The notes below the pieces were generated by a model. The model ran no database searches. It had not been told where the DNA came from and saw only the letters and a list, made by a program, of their open reading frames with translations. From positions 4,092,001-4,156,000 of the forward strand of contig CM022675.1 of NCBI GenBank assembly GCA_012295275.1: DNA of 64,000 bases, in the 5' to 3' direction. Positions 54,486-64,000 of this stretch are shown here, in pieces (the first letter of the stretch is position 1; each line of letters starts with the position of its first letter). This stretch comes from Chrysomallon squamiferum. Taxonomy: Eukaryota; Animalia; Mollusca. The translations under genes and the position numbers were made by a program.

Positions 54486-54902
54486 CAGAATAATGATGAC
54501 GTCAGCTGGATAAATGACTTTTTGTGACGTTCTGCTCAGCTTTCAGATTCTTGTTTAAGTGATGTTTGCGCAAAATTTCGTTGGATTGTCGAACTGAAAT
54601 AAAAATTAAAAAAAATATAAATAAATAAACAATACAAATATTTTTAGATTGTTAAAATAATATCAGTGAGTATTTGTTTTAATAAAATGGTTGTAGTATA
54701 AATATTGAATGAATTAAACTTTTTCAGTGCATTTTAACGTTATTTTTTAAAATTTCAGTTACACAAAAACTGTGTCACTACTGTTCTGTTAAAAAGGAAT
54801 TCTAGTATTTATCAGATAATGTCAAATATTTAAAACAGTTTTATTTAATTTTAAATGTTAAAAATTCAATACGATATTGTTGTTATTGTTTTTCTTCTTT
54901 TC

Positions 54903-54933
<31 letters not shown>

Positions 54934-55317
54934 TTATTATTATTATTATTATTAGTAGTAGTAGTAGTAGTTTTATTATTATCATTATTAGTAGTAGTAG
55001 TAATATTAGTAGCAGTAGAATTAGTAACATTTTTAGTAGTAGTAATATTTGAAATAGTAGTAGCAGTAGTGTTAATAGTAGTAGCAGTAGTAGAAGTTAA
55101 AGTAGCAGCAGTATTGTAATAGTAGTAGTAATAGTAGTAGCAGCAAGTTATATTAGTAGTAGTAGTAATATTAGTTGTAATAGTGGTAACAATAGTAGTT
55201 GAGGTAGTAGTAGTAGTAATAATAATAGTAATATTAGTTGTAGTAGTAGTAGCAGTATTTTATCCATTTTAGTATGAAAATAAAGATATTTTATTGAAAA
55301 CACTGAAATTTATTTAA

Positions 55318-55369
<52 letters not shown>

Positions 55370-55978
55370 CCTACATAATTAACATTCAATAATATCTCTT
55401 TCAAATACTCAACCTGTTTGTCAGTATTATTTATTATTGAAACGAAAAATAAATAATAATATAGTACAGACAAAATAAATATAAAGTTTCATATATATCT
55501 CTCTCTCTCTCTCTCTTTCATATATATATATAACACTTTTATATATATACATCTGTGTGTGTGTAAATGATAATATCAACAAATTATATCTAGGTTTACA
55601 CTGAATGGTTCAACAAATTAAAGGTTTTACACTATGGTTAAAAGCTTTTTTTTTAAATTATGAAAGAAGGTTTAAGAGAAGATAGATAAAAAAAAACAAG
55701 CATACACTACATTCAAAGCCACATGTACGTATATTAAGAAGTATACAGGCAACCATGCAAGCAATGTATTTAGATTAAAATAAAAAATAAAAAAAAATCA
55801 TTGCAAGCGAAAAGCTGAATAAAAAATTAAGAAACAAATTTCAAAATTCAGGGCCACATCTTCATGCAACTTGTCAGTATGAATGAATACATGAATGAAT
55901 ACATGAATGAATAAAAGTTTAATAAATAGGAAAACGAAGAGAAACAAATAATAATTAAAAACTGAAAAACAAAGATTT

Positions 55979-56028
<50 letters not shown>

Positions 56029-57793
56029 CATAATCATAATCATAAACATAAATAAATAAATAATTAAATAATTAAAAAAGGAAAACAATGAGGAACAAAC
56101 AAAAAAAAAAAAAAAAATAAAAAATAAAAACAGGAAAATAAATAAATAAATAAATAAATAAAAAACAGGTGAAAGATTAATTTGGTTTGTTAGTTTTATA
56201 AGCATGTTAGAGTGTTAATTTAAAGCAGCATGGTTATTATGTTAGTAACTAATTTGTGATACTCCTACAAATAACTATCAATAATTACATGTATTATTAG
56301 CCAATAAAATAATATTAATTATGTACAGACGTCACTGTCACACAACTAACTAAGTTAGGATTGGATCCGCTTAAATTAATTAAACCATACATATATTTGT
56401 TAGTTAATTTAAGCTCTCCTCTGTAAATATTGATATTTTTTTTCAAGTGAATATTAATCAGACTCCCCCTTATAATTTCACTGGATTTGGCCCCGATAAA
56501 ACATTTCACAGGAATATTTAGACACAGCCATTAATTCGTGCACTGATACACTTCTTACGATGGTGAGAGCGAATCTAAACCATTGCGTGTTTCTATGGCA
56601 ACACCTAGACTAAGCATGACTGGCAGTGATTGGTCAAACCTGGGTTGTCATGGTTACTGGCTTGTGCATTGGTCCCAGGGTAGTAAGGTGTTCCGATTTC
56701 ATCATCTTTAAGGAAGAAAACGTTGTTAATATTTATATTTTGCAAGAGTATTTTATTAGCTTAGCTTTTTCATTTTAAAGTAGAACAGTTTATAAAAAAA
56801 AAGTCCGTGCAGCATTAAAAATTATTTAAGTATGATTTTGAGTTAATGAGCTTGAAAAAAAGAAAAAGATGAAAAATTAAAAAAGAAAAGGACTAAATAA
56901 ATTTAAAAAGAAATATTAAGTAAATGAATAAAAACAAAACAAACAAGAAATTAACAAAATAAAATTTAAAATCATAACACACGAACCAATAATAAATGAA
57001 GTTAACAGAGAAAACTAACAAAGTTGAAAACAGAACAAATAAATAATACATTAGTAAAAATTAAAACAAAAGAAACAAAATATAAACAGAAATATAAACG
57101 AACAAAAGACGAATAAACGACAAATTAAAATGTTTTTTATTGCACATTCATCCTATGCCAGTTGATCAAAAGCGATTTAATTCAACGTCAAAACCAGTTA
57201 ATAAAAAACAGTTAATAAAATCAGTTAAAATTTAACAGACTACTTCAAAAGTAAAATAAATTAAAATAGAATGAAATAAAAAAAAAAATAATAATAACAA
57301 CAACAACAATAACAATAAAATAAAAATAAACATAATAAACACAATTACAATAATAATAAAATAAACAAATAAATAAATAAATAAATAAATAAATATTACT
57401 ATGGCTTTATTAAATCGCTGTAATAGTTGAATTATTCAGTTGAACTAAAACGTTTAAAGCTGTTTGTATTTTTTTTTTCTTTTTTTTTTTCTCTTTATAT
57501 TAGTTTCTAACGTTTACTAAATCGAACTGTCTAGGTCGGCTAACAAAAGGTATTAAATTACGTAACGCTGCATTTAATCTGATTTAAAACGTTTTAGTAA
57601 AATTTAGTTACGGTGTAAGTGTGAACAGGACATATTTGTAACAAACGATCCCTCCAGGGTTTAGGTTAACAAGTTTATAAAACATAAACTGGTTCGAACG
57701 AAGCAGACGATAAACTGCAAAGCGAAGATTCAACATGCGTGAAATTTACATTTTTTTTGTCTCTTCGTTTTATTTTATTTATTTATTTATTTA

Positions 57794-57836
<43 letters not shown>

Positions 57837-58512
57837 TGTTGTTGTTGTTGTCGTCGTTGTTATTGTGTTGCTGTTGTTCGACATTTATTATTTATTTATT
57901 TATTTATTGAATATTCATTTATTTATTCAATAACACTCTCTTTTCTCTATTGAATTTTGGCATTATTGTTTACTTATTTCCATTCTTTCTTTTTTTTTTT
58001 TTTTTTTTACTTTTTTTTTTGTTAAACTATTTTTTTTTTTTTTTTTTTTTTTTTTGAAGATATCAAAATTACATATTTCCCCTAACTTCTTGTTAAATAA
58101 ACACCATATGCCACAGGGGTATGCAGATAAAACAGAAATGCGAAACCACCTGTCTCTATGGGTATGGGGGGATTATCTCGGGAGGTTCTACGTCACTAAC
58201 CAGTTTTGTTTCTTACCGCCAAAAACAGGTGGAAGCAGACGAAAAAGTATTTCAACAATTTATTGCATAAGTAATACGACGCTCTCTCTCTAACCCACAA
58301 AATACCTCGATCCAAATTAATCCATTTTGGAAAGTACATTATAGCTATGTCATTTAATTTGGGCGTGTTCTGTTTAAGTGAAATACCTGTTGTTTTTGTT
58401 TTGTTGTGCGTATGGTTAAATGCGAGGCCCAGTGTGGGTTAATATAAAAACATGTCTGTTGTTCGTGTTGTTTCAACAACACGTGCACCTGCAATATAAA
58501 AACAACTTAAAT

Positions 58513-58578
<66 letters not shown>

Positions 58579-58689
58579 ATTTATTTTGTTGTGTACAATT
58601 GTTTTCAAACTTTATTAATTTTGTATGTATTTATGTTCTACCTTTACTACTGTATTATATTAAATATTATTCTATTCTATATTCTTTTT

Positions 58690-58980
58690 TCGTTCGAACC
58701 ACTGCTCCACGATTGTTGCATCATAAACAAAAATCACGGTAAATTCTTTAAAGCCTGTCGTTATAAATTATAATAATAAAAATAATAAAAAAATGACATT
58801 TAAAAAAAAAAAAAAAAAAAAAAAAGTTTCTAGCTCTTTATGTAGGCAACATGTCGCCCTTCTTGCGTCTACAGTGGGTTTCCTTTTTCGTTTTCTACAT
58901 CGACCCTGACCTTAGCCATGACGTCATTAACTAGAAGATTAAAAATGTTTGGCATGTTAAACAAAATAGCTCTTCCTTCT
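58690..58980 (+). mobile_element. Degenerate SINE-like element interrupted by poly(A)
   Basis: Shared core at 58690 and tail ACAGTGGGTTTCCTTT, whose reverse complement occurs at ~33750 (AAAGGAAACCCACTGT). Confidence 0.4.
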
Positions 58981-59445
58981 AAACTGTCTGTTTATTGAGT
59001 ATTTAGGTTTAACTTCAAAAAAAAAAAAAAAAAAAAAAAAGTAAAAAATCCTGAGGTTTATAAAATGCCGTGTTCCGTGTTTCTCATTAGTTTATTTTTC
59101 TAGCGCAGACGTGTTCATTTCTGCCCCGGAACTGATTTTACGAACTGAACGTAAACATCGAGTGCAGACCCCGTCCTAATTTAGTTTGTTGGATTCATTG
59201 ATATAGTGCTTCATAAACTCAGTTTAATTCAGTTTGTTAGACTCAGTCACTGTGGTATGTAGACTGGATTAAATAAACAGCATAAAAATATATTATCATC
59301 ATAATCATCTACAACATCATCTACATATTTACTAATATTATCACCACATATATATATATTAAAATCCACAAAAAGTTTTAAAAATTGTATTTATCTATTT
59401 GTTAACCTCATCAGAAATACATACTGACGCAAAATATATTTTGTC

Positions 59446-59501
<56 letters not shown>

Positions 59502-60334
59502 TAAAACGTGTGAGTATAACAGATGCAACTATGACAGACACGTTTCAACTAGTTTTAATATTATTATTACTGAAATGGGATAAAGTTTGAAAAGAAAAGA
59601 AAAGAAAAGAATAAAGGATGGAATGAAACATTTAAAAAAGTGAATCCCTATAAAGATAGAAACGAAAAGAAAAGAATTTTTAAATAAAACAAAACAATAT
59701 TAAGTATAAGAATCAGTCAATCGAAATAATGCATTTTTATTCTGCCTTTTTTTCTTCTTGTCGTTATTTATTGTTATTATTTATTTTTTTTTTATTTATT
59801 TAACATTTATTTATTTATTTATGTATTTATTTTTTTATTTTATTATTATTATTTTTTTTTTTTTTTGCTGTTGATTTATTTATTTTTTTATTATTATTTT
59901 TTTTTTTTTTGATGTTGATTTTTCTCATCCTGTCACAAACTAATGTTACGGCTCAGTGTTTATATCAGAGCTGTTAGATCATTTGTTCTTTTTCTACATG
60001 AACAGACCGAGAACTGAGAAATCAGTGCACGGAACTAATCGACGATACACCATCGATTTGCAGCGCTCCGCACGCGGGACCAATTCATATGTAAACTGTA
60101 TCCGTGTAATATATGTAATAAAATCAATATGGCTTCCTCAGTCGCTTTTATTTCCGTTTGCAACACGTACCAGCAGATTAATCAACTCGGTGCACAACTG
60201 TCAAGTTTATGTCCACAATGAAAGCAGAATAAATGTGTATCTGCGCAAGTGAGATGGAAATATGACAGAAAAAAACCCCACTAAATGAAATATCTATGTA
60301 GAATGTGTTGAGAGAGAGAAAAAGAGTTTTACGG

Positions 60335-60537
60335 GCAGTTTGTGTAAAACTTCTACTGTAATGATGTAATAACTCATAAACACATATAAAAAGTGTTTTA
60401 GTGTATCTGCGTGTGCGTTTGATATATAATTAGATTAATAGAAAGTGAGAGGAATGCAGTTTGTGTAAAACTTCTACTGTAATGATGTAATGACACACGA
60501 ACACATATAAAAAGTGTGTTAGTGTGTCTGCGTGTGC
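60335..60537. repeat. Direct duplication, period 121 bp
   Basis: GCAGTTTGTGTAAAACTTCTACTGTAATGATGTAAT...AACACATATAAAAGTGT at 60335 and 60456. Confidence 0.9.
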
Positions 60538-60581
60538 TTTTCAGAGAGAACTAGAGTAATAGAAAGAGATAGTAGTGTATA

Positions 60582-60649
<68 letters not shown>

Positions 60650-61279
60650 TATAATCTATTCTAAACACAAACAATACTGAACTGATGTAAAAATTTAAAT
60701 GTTGAAATTCAGTCTTTATTGTTTCTTTACCAAACTTCATTCTGTCTTAAGTTGTTTATTTCAAATATTTTTCAGTTATAACCGTGGTGTATCGACATGC
60801 TCATAGATCGCCATTTTGATCATTCATTTATAAAAAAAAAAAAAAAAAAAAAAAAAAGACATTTAATTCATCTTTGTTATTTTCAAATCTAAGAATTGTT
60901 CGCGAGGCAGTGGATCGTAATTTGTTCTCTTAGACTTTATCATTCATCATTTAACAATCATCAAATTGAAAACCTTCAGAAGCTGTCAAAGAAACGCCAT
61001 TCACTTGTTCATTCATTCACTAATTGCTCGATAATAGATTATGGATTAGGAAAAAAAAAAAAAAAAAAAAGACGATTACAGTGAAAGCATTTATATTTTG
61101 AAAGCTTCCTATAGCCTGTTATATATCCAAAATAATCTGCATTACTTTATGTTGCAACTGAAAACAAAACAGCAGTGAAGAAAAAAAAAAAAAAAAAATC
61201 ACATAGAAAACGAAATCAATAGAAAAGCAAAACGCTAATGGATGGAACGTGTATGAACTAATTTTACTAATCTAATTGA

Positions 61280-61465
61280 CACACAGGAACAAATGGCGGC
61301 CCCATACAGCAAATATGGCGGATATCAGGTGACAGGACGGAACGTCACGTGGTTTAGTGTATAACGGAGTAAAGTAAACAGGAATGTGTGATGTTCCTAA
61401 TATAAAACTGTCAGTTTGCCTCGGGGGGGACATTGCGTGCAAATTATGTTTACTTCCGGGTTACA
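61280..61465. promoter_or_regulatory. Candidate promoter-like island
   Basis: Two YY1-like ATGGCGG motifs, E-box GTCACGTGG, TATAAAA and ETS-like ACTTCCGG within 190 bp. Confidence 0.3.
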
Positions 61466-61483
61466 AATGCAGAATGGAAGTAG

Positions 61484-61525
<42 letters not shown>

Positions 61526-61555
61526 AAAGGTGATAAATATATTTATCATTTTTAT

Positions 61556-61624
<69 letters not shown>

Positions 61625-62618
61625 TTTGTTTTCTCAATGCTGTAACAGTCGTTATTTTTTGTTGTCTGTAACAACAGAAATAATAGTAATGGTAGTTGTA
61701 TTATTATTAATAATAGGAGCACCAGTGGTAGTGGTGGTGGTAGTACCAGTAATAATAGTAGAAGTAGGAATATCATCATCATCATCATCAGCAGTAGTAG
61801 CAGTAGTAGTAGCAGCAGCGGCAGTTGTGATGCTGCTATTATTATTGTTATTTTTATCGTTTCGTATCTTGCTCGATGAAAATTTCTTGCGTTCCTTGTT
61901 CTTTTTTTTCTTTTCTTTTCTTGTCTTTAATAACCATTAATTTCGTCTAGAACTAAACCTGCTAGAGAGTGTTCTGCCTACAGACGCCGATTACAAGACT
62001 TGACAGTCAAATTACTTTAGTTCTGCGTTTGATCGCAGCAGTAACAAATACGTTACTTTTGTTCTGTGGAAAGCCGTAACCGCCAATAATCCGTATAAAC
62101 AAATCCATAGGACATTTTCTCTGTTTCAGTTGTCACGTCCCAGTTTTGATCAATAGAATTCATTTTTCATTTTCTGTATCGTTTGTCGTTTATTCATTGA
62201 AAACAGTAATTTCTTCTGGTTAATTTTGAAAGATAAAAGGAATAAATGAAACACATTAGCAGTTACAAATTTGTTTTAAAATCAATATGGCGGCCACTTC
62301 TGCTAGGATCTCGATGACATTTTTAACAATTGTGTAATAAATAATTAATTAATTAATATTAATTAATTAATTAACAATAATAATAATAATAATAGTAATA
62401 ATAATACAAACAACAACAACAACAACAACAACAGCAACAGTATGTACTATTACTATTAATAGTAGTAGTAGTGGTAGTAGTAGTAGAAGTAGTAGTAGAT
62501 GTAACAAAAGTAGAATAGTAGCAGTGGTAGCAGTAGTAGCAGCAATGGTAATACTAGTTACAGTTATTGCAGTTGTAGTAGTAGTAATAGTAGCAGCAGT
62601 TGCTCTAGTGGCAGCAGC

Positions 62619-62664
<46 letters not shown>

Positions 62665-63136
62665 ATAGTAGTAGTTCTGCAACAGAATCAATATTTTCTG
62701 TTCTTTATTTTCTTAATTAAGTAATGAATAATTAACAATCTAATTTCAGAGACGAGACAATGAAGTACACGTCATAGCGGTATTAAATAATGTACATGCT
62801 ACGTTACGTAATTAGCTACACACACTCATTCTATGTTGTTGAGTATTTATTTATTTATTTATTTATTTATTCATTTAGTTGTTCGTTTGTTTGTTTGTTT
62901 TTATTATTTATTTATATACTTATTTTTTTTTCTATTTTTTTCTTTCATATTATATTATATTTTATTTATTTTTAATTTTTGGACTCATTATTTTCATTAT
63001 TATTATCATCATCATCATCATCATCATCATCGTTATTATTGTTATTGCTGTTGTTGTTGCTGTCGTTATTGTTATTATTATGGATGCTATTATTATTACA
63101 TACTATTGTTATTAATAAACAGTAGTATCTTATTGA

Positions 63137-63178
<42 letters not shown>

Positions 63179-64000
63179 GAAAAGCTAGTCATCATAACAA
63201 CACATTATTAATTATTTATGTTCCTGTCTCACAAAAACATACACCAACAAATTCCCGGTTATCATTTCTTTAATACAACCTTCTTTATCTTCTGTTATTG
63301 CAAAGATTCAGTCTCTACTCGTGTCACAAATTACGAGTGTATGGAGAGATACAATCACAGCTCGCAGTCATTTCTAGTTATCTACATCTCACAGGCAAAA
63401 CCAAGTTTCATTAATCTTAGATTTTACATCTTACTTTGTTCATTGTTAATTAAAACGTCATCTTCCATCTCCTTTTTTTTTTCAAAACTGGAAACAGAAC
63501 GTTTTGTAATATTTGTTCGTAAAGGTCTTGAGCGAATACAGAGAAATGAGAGAAATTATGTATGTATGTGTGTATGTATGTATGTATGTATGTATGTATG
63601 TATGTATGTATGTATGTATGTATGTATGTGTATGTATGTATGTATATATGTACTTATAATATTTATATATGATGTCATATATGTGGTTAATGACGACAGA
63701 TGTAACTAGAGAGGAAACCCGATTCAGGACTTACTCTTTTCTAAGCGCCTTACCACACACAGGAAACAACATTCCACGTACTGAAATGGGATACAATTTG
63801 AAAAGAAAAGAAAAGAAAAGAAAAGAAAAGAAAGAACAAAGGATAGAATGAAAATGAATAAAGGATAGAATTTGTAAAACAAACTTCATAAACTCTGTTC
63901 TTTATTTGAAAGCATATATCTGCCAGGAATTACGTTATTTCGAAAAATAAAAAGTAAATTATCTTCAAATGGGCCTCAAAACTAAGAAGGAATAAACCAA

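Noticed and set aside
55200-55210. let-7-like TGAGGTAGTAG
   Set aside because: Embedded in a (TAG)n microsatellite; the 3' half and hairpin are absent. I recognised no conserved miRNA (including miR-1/miR-133) by eye, though a miRBase search is needed to exclude them.
63218-63709. 163-aa ORF near the right edge
   Set aside because: Low complexity, includes (TATG)n, no domain or splice support.

Overview
AT-rich, microsatellite-dense animal genomic DNA. The repeats and gene architecture suggest an invertebrate, possibly a mollusc (inference). Positions 1-20.8 kb hold the 5' part of one large minus-strand gene, which I reconstructed by hand as 30 coding exons with GT-AG introns and a continuous frame (4572 nt, 1524 aa, running off the left edge). 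It encodes a secreted or cell-surface MUC4/SUSD2-type mucin-like protein: signal peptide, propeptide ending in RQKR, SEA, Cys-rich linker, NIDO, AMOP, VWD (GDPH), a cadherin/Ig-like module and a long EGF/cbEGF array. The frame only stays open if a 5-nt microexon (15447-15451) is included. The remaining ~43 kb has no credible coding sequence. It contains microsatellites, degenerate SINE-like and DNA-transposon remnants, two inverted repeats, local duplications and motif-rich putative regulatory islands (CRE sites, two near-identical MEF2+TATA cores, YY1/ETS/E-box). I found no evidence of a new multi-gene system; the novelty is in gene structure and non-coding architecture.
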